This document shows, piece by piece, positions 42,807 through 56,168 of a DNA stretch of 64,000 nt. The notes under the pieces are model-generated. The model worked only from the letters and a program-made list of their open reading frames with translations, searched no databases and was not told where the DNA came from. The stretch's first letter is position 1. Each line of letters begins with the position of its first letter. This DNA is from Eledone cirrhosa (taxonomy: Eukaryota), in assembly GCA_964016885.1 (NCBI GenBank), contig OZ024740.1, positions 185,380,001 to 185,444,000 of the forward strand, written 5' to 3'. The position numbers and the translations under genes were made by a program.

Positions 42807-45800
42807 GGTATCATACTCATTTTGTTTGTATTGAGTCTTTTTCTATTCTTCTTCTTATTGCTAGTAATGGACTAGGAGGTGTAGGGAAGATGAATTTTAA
42901 CATATGTGAGGCTGTGATAAAACAGTCCTTGATATATGCTAGTTACACCCGCTTATTTTGATTTATTTGATTCGAAGCCGGTCTCTACACTAGTAGCTTT
43001 CAGGTGTTGTGTTCCGCCTAGTCAACTGCGCTCCACATTCTTCAAATAAATGTTGGGAAGTATCAAGCAAATATTAGAAATTCTTAGAATTATTAGGAAT
43101 GAAATTTGATTGCTGCTCTAAATACATTGCAGCACTTAGTTTAGAGTTGGAGATTAGAGCAGAATAGAGCCAGCATTTATGCATTGATATAATTTGTGTC
43201 CTACCCTGCCATGATTCAACCTTATCTATCATCCTTGTGGGACCTTTCTATATTCTATCATTCATTACATGGACAAAACTAATCGATAGAGACTTTAGAA
43301 CCAATATACTGTTGTTGAGCCGCACAACAACCTTCATAGTGTTGACATATGATGAAAAGCGTTCAAGCCATGATCACCCCACCTATCTCAAATAATATAC
43401 AGGCAGAACCATGTTACGTGTTGAGTTCTTTTATTTTTGCAATTATAATCAAAATATATTTGACTGTTGTACATAGTCGGTCATATATCGTTGATTCGAA
43501 GTATCATTACGTGTTCAGTGGAAGAGTAATATATTTAAGTTGTACTGAAAATAATGTGGTAAGTAAAATGAGGAAGGGCATGTTTATAAAAGACTTCTCT
43601 ACTGTATTGGATATTGTTTTATTTTATGAGTGTGTATGTGTGTGTGTGTGTGTGTGTGAATGAGGAGATGAAATGGTGTCAATGTTTAGAAAGAATAAAT
43701 TAATATAACAGAGCAAACCAAGTCAATTGCAACACGCTAGCAAGAACAATTTAAGTGGAATAGGTCAATCACCAGCTCTGAGTGCAATGTCAAAATTATC
43801 AGCTAGTCTTATTTGTGTTACAACAACATAAAATTCCACATTAATGCGACACCAGCTGCAGCTCGTTAATTATGTATTATCAAGTTATTTGTGATTTGAC
43901 GACATTTGACTTTGATGTGTGGCCAGGGGGGGGGGGTCTTTTAATACCACATTTTAAAATAGGAATATAGAAAACAATGAAGAAAGAAAATAAAACAAAG
44001 TGAAATTTAATTATGTGACAAAATTGTTTATAACATATTTCCGTTTAAGAATGAATTTAAAAGATTAGAATTCGTTGTTGAAGGGAAAGTTTGCAGGACA
44101 CACTCTTAGCACAATGAATCAAATAATCGTAATGAATGTAATCAAAAAGATAGTATCGGAAATTTCAGCATACAACATTGTATACATTCTTTCATGCAGA
44201 ACTTCTTGTGGGTGTGTATGCCTGTGGTACATTCAGCAGAAGAGTATTCTTGGCTTTCCTAGTGAAAGGACTGACAAGGAGATGTGTATGGTATATGGGT
44301 ATAACACTAGAAAGTTTTTTACTCCGCATCTACGTAAAGATATGTCATGAAGTAATTGATGTTGTCGTAGCTGTCTTAAATTTAAGTCAAAGCTGATCAG
44401 TGGGTCTTTGACTAAAGACGTTCTATCTATGACCACATCTTTTCTTCAAGTTTATCAAAGATGTTTTTTTAAAAATATAACAGAGTTTAATTTGAATTTG
44501 ATGTTACTATTTTTTCTAGTTAGCCAAGTGAACTCGTAGTGATTCTCTCAAATATGATTACTGCAAAAGCAATAGGTACCATCTAAAAAAAACCCAAAGA
44601 TTTTCCCAACCAATCACGAAAAAGAATAAAAACTATTTCATACTTACTAATCAAAATAGTTACAAGGAATAAACAGCAACATCAATGTTTTTATTAGATC
44701 GGAAGATGATATAATATAGAGTCGATGGGGTTCGTTTATATTCTGCTGATGCTTTGGATGATATGACTGTAAAAAGCTCTTTGCAAATCATGCTACTCGT
44801 TGTAAGAAGGAGAGTGTTTGGTACCATGTTATTTGTTTTATATTTGCATATATAATTGAGTGTTCAAAACATTCCCTTCGTTATCATGTGTTCCTTGTTC
44901 GATTCAACTGCATGGCATTTTGACATGTATTCCTTTTCATAGCAATGGTCTGACACACATTTTTCCGTGAAATTTGATAGACAAAGCTTTGAGGATGACT
45001 GTCGGATTGAATTTACATGCAATTCAAAATCAAACCTTGTAACATATTGTCTCACGTTTATTCGACTTGGTAATATTGTTATATAGCCACTAAAATATTT
45101 GTTCAAGAGATTGACGTTTACTTGATAGAGCAGACGAATGCTCATAGTCGAAATAGTCGGGGCATCCATCATATTGTTTACAAATTAAATTCAAATAAAT
45201 ATATATGAGAACAATTGAATGCATTCACACTAGTGTAAATATTATTTTATTCCAGCATTCAAGGGTGACATTTTAGTGTAGTTGTCTACATGTATAGAAT
45301 ATGGACTACTGAACCACTAATTTAAAGTGTATATGCAGAACCGTTTGGGTGACAGATAAAATACCTTGTAGCATTTGTTTCAATTGATAGTACTCTATTT
45401 TCAAATGAAGCAAAAGTCAAATTTCCCTTTTCTACTTTCGGGTTAAATAAAATAAAATTTGAGTCTATGACGGTAAATTAGTGGAATACTTAAAGCGTCA
45501 AAATCGATACCTTAGAGTATCAGTTCCAGGGCTTTACACTCAGAGTTATTCTACCCGGGATTCACATCCTACTGACGTCCAGGGGTTGTCCCCCTATCAT
45601 GAGAAAACAGCTGGTAATGTAAGCTTGCGATGGGCGGAGGAAAATGGTTGCTCCCGGCTACTGCAGTCAAATGATAACGATGATGAATGTGAAAGCGATA
45701 CATTGGTCGGAGCGACCTAATGAATCAGGTATTGAAATAAGAAGCATTCTGACTTGATTTAATACTTTTACAACACATATAAACTCGTGTGATCTCCATT

Positions 45801-47094
45801 ACATTCTCCATTTCTCAGTATATATTATCAGACAATTCAGACGAAAAGTTTTTCTATTAGCTTTCCAACAAAGCAAATCCAAACTTTGTACAACATTTAT
45901 TACATTTCCAATGTCAATGGTACTTACAGATCGAATATTTTCAAATGTCAAGATAAACTATTCCATAAAGCTAGTTATAGTTTTTATCTATTTTCTTCCA
46001 TAGATGTATTTCTAGCACGGAATGTATTTACATCACAGTAGAATTCTATAGATTTGATTTGCTCAATTCTAAAATTCAGCGCAAAACGAGGAAAATGGAA
46101 TAGTCATTAAATAGATTCTAATCGTTGACCTATAAGTTAGATAAACTCATTTGAGGTTCACTTAATAGTTATTGAAAACTTCCAAACCAGAATTTATTTG
46201 TCTACTCATCCACACGTAGAATTTTATAAACTTTGACATTTCTAAATGTCACCACCATTTAAAATGTTGTTATTCTTATGACACAAATATAAATTCTTAT
46301 ATACATGCATGACAAACTCTTTCAAAGCTCTTCACAATTTAAATAGATAATAAGCAGATAAACATTGAGCATAGTCATTTTCTGTTCTTCCTTCTATATA
46401 CATTCGATCCAACTAAAGATTAACATTGAATCTCTGAGAGGCTACTTCACATATGATATCCACTCACTAAATGCATTTAAATTATTACGACCATCTTAAT
46501 CATAAGATTCCAAGAAATTATGCATTGAAAAAATTGACTCGAACAACTCATTATTAGTTGCTCAATGCGAACATTAACACCATTATAATTTTCAATTGCC
46601 ATGAATTGATGTAGCAAAATATAAATATCTAATGAAGACATAATATAGATTTCTAACGTAGATCGTGCTGAGTACTAGACAAATCAACCTGGTGATATTT
46701 GAATTTCAAAACACTGTACAATGCATTTTGTTCAACGTTCATCTACATCTACTTAGAAACCGCACTGACACAACTATTAGAAGACACAACTATTAGAAGA
46801 CACTTTGTCCAGCTCTTAACCCATTCCGGAATTCTCTGCTTTTATGTAAAATTATGTAAAATATATTACAATATAGCTAACTCATGCATATGTTTATGTA
46901 TGTGAGTGATCATCTTATTAAACTTGAATGAAAATTGTTATATACTTACTCATGAATCATATACATTGATAGATCCGTGTCATGGTTAAGATACGCAGTT
47001 TAACAGACACGAAACTTGCACACGAGCGTCGTATATATCCGAATGTCTAAAGTGTGTTTCGAGCTCGGAGGTTCATCAGGCAGGTGCTTATTGA

Positions 47095-47325
47095 GGATTT
47101 GGTAGCCTAAAGTGACTGAGAGTATAAGATTCTCCTTGGACAGGATACCAGTTTATCGCAGAGTTAAACCGTCAGCTATTGTGAGTACATATGTTCAGCT
47201 GAGTATACTGGAGCAACGTGAAATGAAGTGTTTTGCTCAAGAATACAACATACAACCCTGTTCAGGAATTGAATCCACGAGATTATGAACATAAGTCCAA
47301 CAATCTTACCACTAGGCTACGCTCC
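47095..47325 (-). mobile_element. CORE-like SINE
   Basis: Reverse strand GCGTAGCCTAGTGGTAAG...GGATTCAATTCCTGAAC...TTCTTGAGCAAAACACTTCATTTCACGTTGCTCCAGT. Confidence 0.75.
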
Positions 47326-47533
47326 TCCAAAATATATATCCTGCATTCGGACGTATTTTGAGATGGAATGTATACAAATATTCAGTATTCAGTATGTTTG
47401 TAAGATGGTTTGCATGAATTATATAGGGACTATACGGAGATTGCTCTGTTTCTCTTTATGAGCAAATTCGATACACCTCACTATGTCAAACAAATGCTTC
47501 TTTATTATATTGTATTTGTACTATTTTCGTGAA

Positions 47534-47782
47534 AGGCGGCAAATTGACAGAGTCGTTAGGGTGTCAGATAGAATGCTTTGCCGTATTAGTTCTGGCTCTC
47601 TACTCCCTCCGAGATCAACTTTGCCTGTCATTCTTTTGAGGACGATAAAAATGTACGGGTGGGGGGGCTCTATCTCTATATCGCTTTCTTACTTACATTC
47701 TGTCTCTCTCTATCCTTCTCTGGGAGAAATCTGCGGTAATCATTGCATGGAGATGAGATGGGCTCTGCTAGGTTTTAAAACG
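47534..47782 (+). mobile_element. SINE variant with extended 3' segment (homolog of 12550-12810)
   Basis: GGCGGCAAATTGACAGAGTCGTTAG head; shared tail TCTCTGGGAGAAATCTGC...GCTCTGCTAGGTTTTAAAAC. Confidence 0.6.
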
Positions 47783-48419
47783 CCATAGAACACCGTATAT
47801 TAATACACCACACCTATGAATCTACATCGAGTTACGGTTCCACCCATACAACTATTTTCCTATTGGAACCCCTATGTATCCATGTGTGTTTCCATCTAAT
47901 AGGAGCGAACATGGTGTCCTATCTTTTGCTTTCAATCAGATATCCTCTCGTTTTAACATCTCACCAGCATATATCTTCCATGAATAAAAGTTTACTTGCG
48001 ACAGATTTTAATGTATTCTTCCGAAAGTATGTAATAATTTATATATAATCAAATTACAAATCTGAATGAACATTCTTATGTAGACATCATTCATTGGTCA
48101 AGTTCATAAATTCTCACACGACCTTTAATCACGGCTCTGTATATTTGTGTGCTTTAATGATAGAAGTCAACTGGTATGTTCTCTTGTAATTCGCATAGCT
48201 ATTATGAGGACCACCATACTTAGCACTAGACTAAAATATTTCATCTTCTTTCAACAAAAAATAAACCTTCTTATTAAATTCAGTAGTGATTAGAAAATAA
48301 TTTATTTAGCTAAATCACAAAGTAGGAAAAAACTCTTACAAGTGTTCTAACATTAGTACTACATATATTTTCCTTAATAGCAACTACTAATACTACTACC
48401 GCTACACCATTTCCATTAA

Positions 48420-48420
<1 letters not shown>

Positions 48421-48513
<93 letters not shown>

Positions 48514-48530
48514 GCTGCTGCTGCTACTAC
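48421..48530. repeat. Compound (GCT)n(ACT)n(GCT)n microsatellite
   Basis: Directly visible. Confidence 0.95.
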
Positions 48531-49836
48531 ACTTTCTCCCGAGGTTAAATACTTTAATATCAATAGATCAATACATTGTCTTAACCTATATATCTGTAAC
48601 GCAATGTAATATTCATAAACCAGTGCATAAAAGGCACAATGCAAAACAATCACTTACACTAAATCAAACCAAATTCATGTCAAACCAATCAATCATCAAT
48701 TGATTATAGATAGCTATTCATTCCAGCATGCTCTATCATTTTAAAAATGTAAAATTATTCAAATGTATCAAAGCACGAATTCTTTGTTGTTGTTAGGATT
48801 CAATTGTGAAGTAGCGTGTCTCTAAACACGAATTCCTTAATATCAGCTACCGATATAGGAACATATATTTCTTAAAACCGTAGCCTTCATTTGCATTACA
48901 AAAGCATCATCAGATTTTTTATTTCTTATTTGACAAATCTCTTTCAATTATCTGTTAATAATATGTTCAATGTGTAGGTGTCATGACTCATAATAGTTAT
49001 GGAAAATAATACATAGACAGGAATTAATTCTAAAAAAATATTTTTTTAAATTCTAATATGTATTTCTTGTATGATTCTGGCAAGAGATACTATCTAATGC
49101 TTCATCTTTTAAAATATGTTAGGTTATTTTGGACACATATGTTTTTAGTAAAGTAATATATGCATTATTAAGTAACAAGTGAGGTTCCGCCATCAGAATT
49201 GGCGGTGGTTCACAAAACGATTTAAGAGTTTAAAGCCCCGGAATTGAATGAACTGAAGTGGAAAGAAAGGAAGTTACCTACATAGATAGATAATTGGCCA
49301 TTATAATTCGTCTAGGTATACCTCATTAGGAAATTAGAAACATATAATGCATTAACGTGTGTTGGTTTATTTCTTACATTTGGTGTAAATATAAGAAAAT
49401 TAATTCAGAAGAAATATGATTATTGGTCTTTTACTAGTTAACGCTAAGGTCAGAACAACATGTTTAATGTTTCAAATTTGATCTAAACCAGTTTTATCTA
49501 CTTCATTCTATCTACATCCCATTTCCTTCATCGTACTTTCACCTGAGGTGAGGTACGGCACTCTTTCGTTTGCTTTACGAAGTGCATTACGAAGTGCATA
49601 GTATTTACGACGTCACATGCTATTTTCTTTGCTCCTTTAGCATTTCTTTCATCCCGTCATCTATATTTCTCTCTCAGCTCAACAGCAAAACGTCAATGGG
49701 GAAGATTAGATCTGCCAGTAAAGTCGTAAGAGTGAGAAAGAAGGATAAATAGATATTAAGCCAAAAACATGTTATAAAAGTTTACCTACATGCAGACACA
49801 CCCTCCCCTCTCTCTCTCACACACACACACTCTCTC

Positions 49837-49882
<46 letters not shown>

Positions 49883-49886
49883 TGTG

Positions 49887-50042
49887 TATCCCGGGTTCAA
49901 TCGAGGTTAACCACAGTAATTAAGGTACTCAATACATAGCAGAGTATAAATATTGAATATAGAAATGGTTTCTAGAGGACTAGAACTGTTTCATTTCTGA
50001 TTATTCCCTCAGATGAAACAGTTCTAGTCCTGTAGAAACCAT
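49887..50042. mobile_element. Putative Penelope pLTR fragment with terminal fold-back
   Basis: Starts ATCCCGGGTTCAATCG.GG.TAACCACAGTAATTAAGGTACTCAATA (also at 57858). Inverted arms ATGGTTTCTAGAGGACTAGAACTGTTTCAT / ATGAAACAGTTCTAGTCCTGTAGAAACCAT. Confidence 0.65.
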
Positions 50043-50989
50043 ACCTGGCATCAGGTGTTTGTCATAATTCTGTGATCTATCGCTTGATATCTGTTATCAA
50101 CAACTTTAATATTCACCTCGCTGACGTATTGAACATTCTGCGAATTCTCATTACTACTACAACTGCTACTATTATTACGACTGAAACAACGAAATCGATA
50201 ATGCCCATCGTTATTCTGAGCTTGTAGGATTTAATTTGAAAGATATTTAAATGCTAATCAAAACAGATCACTTGGTCTCATAGAGGAACCCCCCACTGGC
50301 GTATGTGTACATAATAGCGAGCGATATCTATTACTGATATCTAGTGGATGGGCATATGAAGCTAGTAACATGAATGAGATCATGGGTTTTCGTGTCATCT
50401 AATCGAAGTCAATATATTACTCCAGTTCTGTAACACAATGAAATGTCTGGTTTGTTACTTGGAATGGCTATCATACTACTTTCAGTGGTTGGACGTTTTT
50501 ATAGTATTCACATGTATTGACAGGGTTGTTTGATCTGGAGCGCTTTTAACATTTGTCTGCTCAATTTTAGATGTACAGGGACTAAACGACAACAACCACA
50601 CAGTGAAAGCCTTTTAATAATGTATGTTCTGAAAAGGCAGGTGGGGGTGTAGACATGGCCTAAGACCACAAACAATACCCCCATATTGTTAAGGATGCCT
50701 TATATTCCGAGTGTAAGTAGGACAGGGGTTTGAATTTGCTACCATCATTCCAATCATAAGAAATCCATGCACTGATTAGATTCATTCAACTATATTTCAA
50801 TCCTATACTATCATGGCATTCTGCCAACATTAGTAGTAATTAATAATATAGTGTATTTTCCAATGCTCAGAAATGTAAAAATGATACGAAAAAGAAAGAA
50901 CATAAAAAAATTCAAATCTCATTTTAAACATGCGAAGAGATTGATACAAAACCGTTGCTAAGGGAGGAAATGATTCTGTCTTTATTTAC

Positions 50990-51180
50990 AATAATTGTTT
51001 CTACTTTTGGCACAAGGCCAGCAATTCTCCAGTGTATTACTGGTACTTTATTTTATCGACCCCGTAAGGATGAAAGGTAAAGTTAACCTTGGCGGGATTT
51101 GAAATCAGACCACAAAGGGCCGTAACTCTTTGCTGCAAAGTATGGCGTCCGACTCTCTACCGATACTGCCAATCCACCGC
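50990..51180 (-). mobile_element. Major SINE, full-length (deletion subfamily)
   Basis: Reverse-strand GCGGTGGATTGGCAGTATCGG head, B box and core. Confidence 0.85.
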
Positions 51181-52030
51181 GACAATAATGTCAAAAGAAT
51201 ATGTAGTCCCGCAACACGTAGGAAAGTGTAAATCAAGGAGACGACGACCGAGAAGATATGTAACACAAAATCACATTATATCGATCGTGATAATTACTAT
51301 ACAACCTGGTTAATGTGAGATCTTTATGAGTGAAACACAACGAAATTCTATAACCTAGCACATCCTTCTCAAATCTAATGTAGAGTACTGACTAATTTTA
51401 CTAATGTGATAGTATTGGCTGCTCATTATGGGTCTGCTATCATAGAAAGATTTCCTCTTGTCAGCAGTTAACGAAATTGAAGTATAATAGAAATTTTTAT
51501 TCATTTTATATTTTCATATTATCCATTGTATCTGTTAGACACGCAGTGACTAACAACAGAATGTTTTAAGTCGCGTGTCTGATGTGATGTGTGTGATATG
51601 ATGAGATGATGACATGATATATGTGACATACATGCGTAGTTTGGGAATAAGAATTTCAAGGGGTATCGCTGGCCGTAGTGATGTCTCCCAAACATATTTT
51701 GTAATGTATCGTCTTATTGGCCAATCAACCTGCGAGAGTAATTGTTGCTCAGAAGCATCCGCCACTTTGTTTCCACGTTTATTTATCGTTACGCTTTCGA
51801 AACTCCCTCCAGTATTTCGTCGTTTTAACATCAAAATATTTTTCTCGTTTTGGTAAGTTATATTGTTAATTTATATATGATTTTTTTAAATTTATATTAA
51901 CTATTAAAAGTCTGAAAATATTTTTATATATCTTACAATAATATTTATAAGATCATTTATGAAATAACAATTATATAAACTAATTACATTACAACGATAA
52001 TTTATTATTAATATATATCATGTTTAACTA

Positions 52031-52541
52031 CAGTTATTACAAGCTTTGCCTTAAAAAAATATTAAACTAGACGTAAAAAATGCGCAATCTCAAAAGAGCC
52101 ACAGGATGTTATAATAAAGCTTGAAAAGTGTGGGATTAGAGTTGTAGCTCAAAAATATTGCAATCATTATCTATCGTAAAATCTGTGGCATGCTTTTATA
52201 AGAGACTCATAACGAACTCAAGACGCCACGAGTATTATTTAAGTGAATTTATAATATAGAATTCGGTTTAAGTACATTTCGTATTAATCATTACTAAACA
52301 TCTAATATGAGATATTGAACATTAGCCTAAATAATTATCGTGTTGTCTTGAGTTCGTTATGAGTCTCTTTTTTATAAAAGGATGCGACAGTGTGTACGAT
52401 AGATAATGATTACAATATTTTTGAGTAACAACACTAGTCCCACACTTTTGAAGGTTTATTATAACATTCTGTGGCTCTTTTGAGCATGCGCATTTTTCAG
52501 GATTAGTGGTATATATTTTTCAGAAAAGTGGCACATAAGTG
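52031..52541. mobile_element. Palindromic MITE, Tc1/mariner-like
   Basis: Long imperfect inverted arms (~52076-52243 vs ~52327-52498). Termini CAGTTAT...ATAAGTG, flanked by TA at 52029-30 and 52542-43. Confidence 0.72.
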
Positions 52542-52626
52542 TACAAGGTATGTCATTTATAATGAACTGACACGAAATTATATACCTATATACAAACATA
52601 CATCCATCACGTATACATATATATAT

Positions 52627-52715
<89 letters not shown>

Positions 52716-52862
52716 TATGTATACCGTATTCCCGGCGTCGAAGATGGTAGTTTTTTCCTGAAAGAAGTCTCAAGAACATACCATGCGCCCTGGAGGACGA
52801 AGGCAGTTTTTTTTTTTTAATTTCTGGTTGTCAATATATATATATATATATATATATATAAG

Positions 52863-53189
<327 letters not shown>

Positions 53190-53198
53190 GTGTATGTA

Positions 53199-53238
<40 letters not shown>

Positions 53239-53242
53239 CTTA

Positions 53243-53385
53243 TAACAAAGAGGGTGGACCATAAAACACAAGATTACTCAATGCTTAGAGTAGTAGAGCG
53301 GATAATTGGAAATGAGACAGGACCCTGACGGCTGACTGGATCTAGCTCTCGAAAGGTTGTAGCTCAGCCGTCGGTGTCCTGAACC
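53243..53385. mobile_element. Terminus of the 36450 family with internal hairpin
   Basis: GACCATAA.ACAC.AGA.TACTCAAT.CTTAG.GTAGTAGAG matches 36479-36520. Inverted GACGGCTGA / TCAGCCGTC. Confidence 0.6.
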
Positions 53386-53409
53386 TTTTCCTAAATAAAA
53401 AAAAAAAAA

Positions 53410-53478
<69 letters not shown>

Positions 53479-53661
53479 TATATAATACATACTCACACGC
53501 ACACAAAAACACACACACATTCTCACTATATATATATAATACATAAACACACACATATATGTAATATATATATATATTATGTATATATGTATATATATGT
53601 GTATATGTGTATATATATGTGTATATGTGTATATGTGTTTGTATATGTTTGTATATGTGTA

Positions 53662-53714
<53 letters not shown>

Positions 53715-53734
53715 CTGTGAATGTGTCTGTAGTC

Positions 53735-54790
53735 ACATGAAACATAGCTTAAAAGAAACATGACAATAAGGACAGGCACCCAATATTTGAACTGGTTTAT
53801 GGAACTCTCTCTGCCTTTGTCACTCAAATAGAGCTTTAAAGAATTAGCTTTTAAAGAATTTTCCTTTTCTTTAAATCCATCAACCATGACTGACCCCCAA
53901 CCATCTTATAGACGCCTGAAATATAGACATTGTTGGCTTAAGAGAAACTCAAAATTAAGGAGTGGCCCCCCAATTTGAACTTGTTTATAGAATTCTTTCT
54001 GCCTTTGTCACACTAAATATAAATCTTAGCTTTAAAGAATTAGCTTTTAATGAATTCCCTTTTCTTTCAACCAATGAGCTCCACCCATCCCACTCCCCCT
54101 CTCCTACCACCTGAATATATATAAATACGACAATATTTATTGAAAATATATAAATGTGTTTGTTGTTATTGTGCTTGGGTATGTATTTATTTATTTATTT
54201 ATTTATTTATACTTCTCTTAGGTCAGTGTTGTTTGTCTGGCATATCGTTCAGTACTATACGAACATGCCAGACAACAACACGACGGTCACATAGACAACA
54301 TAGAAATTAGAATAATATCTAAACATAGAAATGACGCAGCAGATAGGCCAGCGAAATCAGAGAGGCCAGCGAAATAGATCTTAGAAGTCCAAGGCTAAAC
54401 AGAAAAAATGAATGGAATTACAACACCCAAACAAAAAATAATGACCCAAGAGAAGTATAAATAAATAGATAAATAAATAAATAAATACACAAGCACAATA
54501 ACAACAAACACATATAAACACACACTAGTAAACTAAGATAGAATACAATAACCACTACACAATCACCCAAACACGAACACACATCAAGCAAAACACTATA
54601 CACTCACGCAAACGCATGCACAGAGAAGATAAAAAAATAAACAAATAAATAAATAAATAAACAGACTAAATAAAGATGGCGTAGTCATACAATGCCACGG
54701 GAGGAAACATAATAGCACCACTGACGATGTTGCAGATATGAAACGAAAGAACTTTGTTAGACTATATAAATGTGTTTGTGTCTATATTGT
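53735..54790. mobile_element. Rearranged Penelope-like remnant (tandem duplication, inverted segments, hammerhead core)
   Basis: Direct duplication 53773-53881 / 53963-54074, whose minus strand resembles a KRKIL.(E)ALY...SSIN GIY-YIG tail. Inverted segments 54150-54225 vs 54441-54515. Hairpin 54226-54281. CTGACGA-TGTTGCAGATAT-GAAAC at 54721. Confidence 0.5.
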
Positions 54791-55233
54791 ATCTATATTT
54801 TTGACCGTTGGTCAGTCAATGGTAACATTGAGGACCGATAAATTAAATTAACCGATATAAAGGACACAGAAGCGAAAACCAACCAAACAGTGAGTGTGTT
54901 CTGTTATTAATTCTGGCAATAGAATTACACAAATATGACCCTTCCCAAGTATAACAATATTTGTTTCGACACACGATTTCATATAAAAAAAACTTCGCAA
55001 AACTACATATGTATATATATATACATATATAATTCTATATATGTATATTATTATACATATCTATATATCTAAAACAGATAATGTGTGTCTGTCTGTCTAA
55101 CTCCCTAAAACTCGAGAACCACCCAACTCAAATTTTCAATGCTCTCCGGACGGCATTAGGTGATTTGGCGATCTCTCTCTTTAATTCTTAGTCTTTCTCT
55201 TTAGATAGAAACATAGATATGACGTTGCGCCCT

Positions 55234-55356
55234 TATAATTGTTTCTACTTTTGGCACAAGGCCAGCAATTAACCAATGCATTACTGGTACTTTATTTTAT
55301 CGACCCCGTAAGGATGAAAGGCAAAGTTAACCTCAGCGGGATTTGAACTCAGACCA
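55234..55356 (-). mobile_element. Major SINE fragment inside the Helitron
   Basis: ATAATTGTTTCTACTTTTGGCACAAGGCCAGC...TTTGAACTCAGACCATA. Confidence 0.85.
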
Positions 55357-55502
55357 TATAATATCTGTCTGTATGTCTGGCTCTCTATATTACGACATTA
55401 TGACGCTTTGTGTGTGTATATATGTATATATAGTTTGTGTATATATATCGTGTGTAACCTTTTTCGAAATATTTACTTCAGCGTTCACGGATTGATTTGT
55501 TC

Positions 55503-55553
55503 AGTTTCAGAAGATCCCGTTAAGGGCGAAAGCAGTGATTCTTTGCTTAAACT
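55503..55553 (+). ncRNA. Hammerhead-like fold with CAGAAGA core (inside the Helitron)
   Basis: AGTTT-CAGAAGA-TCCCGTTAAGGGC-GAAA-GCA..TGC-TT-AAACT. Confidence 0.5.
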
Positions 55554-55806
55554 TCAATCTATTATTTTAATATATATATATATTTAAAAATTTGTGTATA
55601 GATATTTTTGCATACACAATAACAAAATATCAACAAGCGTATTTATTTCACGAGGCTCGATAAGTATAAATATATATCAAATATATAAGAACCATAGAGC
55701 AAATCCCGAGCAACCCGGGCCATTCTGCTAGTATATATGATATATAATATATGTTATATATATATATAATATATATAAATATATATATATACTATTTAGT
55801 TATATA

Positions 55807-55853
<47 letters not shown>

Positions 55854-55909
55854 TATTATATATATAATTTATATATATATGATTATATATATATATTATA
55901 TATTATAGT

Positions 55910-56168
55910 AATAATAATAAAATTGAAGACTAAAATCCAAAGAGAGCTCGATAAGGAAAATATATATCAAATATATAAGAACCGTAGAGCAAATATTTAT
56001 TAAAATAACAGATTAAAGTTTAAGCAAAGAATCGCTGCTTTCACCCTTAACGGGATCTTCTGAAACTAACAAAGTCAATCTGTAAACTTTGTTAGTTTCA
56101 GAAGATCCCGTTAAGGGTGAAAGCAGCGATTCTTTGCTTAAACTTTAATCTGTTATTTTAATAAATAT

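Larger units (their letters stand above)
55060..55731 (+). mobile_element. Non-autonomous Helitron with captured repeats
   Basis: A|TCTATATATCTAAAACAG 5' end; 3' hairpin CCCGAGCAACCCGGG followed by CTAG|T; no TSD. Termini homologous to the element at 60368-61916. Confidence 0.8.

Noticed and set aside
42677-42961. Poly-Leu ORF resembling a signal or TM peptide
   Set aside because: Product of a (CTT)n microsatellite.
44864-45172. 102-aa minus-strand ORF with ATG
   Set aside because: No recognisable motif or clear splice context; cannot be distinguished from chance without expression data.
48402-48653. Poly-Val/Ala ORF
   Set aside because: Product of a (GCT)n(ACT)n repeat.
52721-52806. TACCGTATT-starting segment resembling a pogo/Tigger terminal repeat
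   Set aside because: No matching second terminus found.
53318-53382. Hairpin with CTGA...GAAA as an intact hammerhead
   Set aside because: The core reads CTGACTGGA and the helices cannot be placed in register; recorded only as an element terminus.
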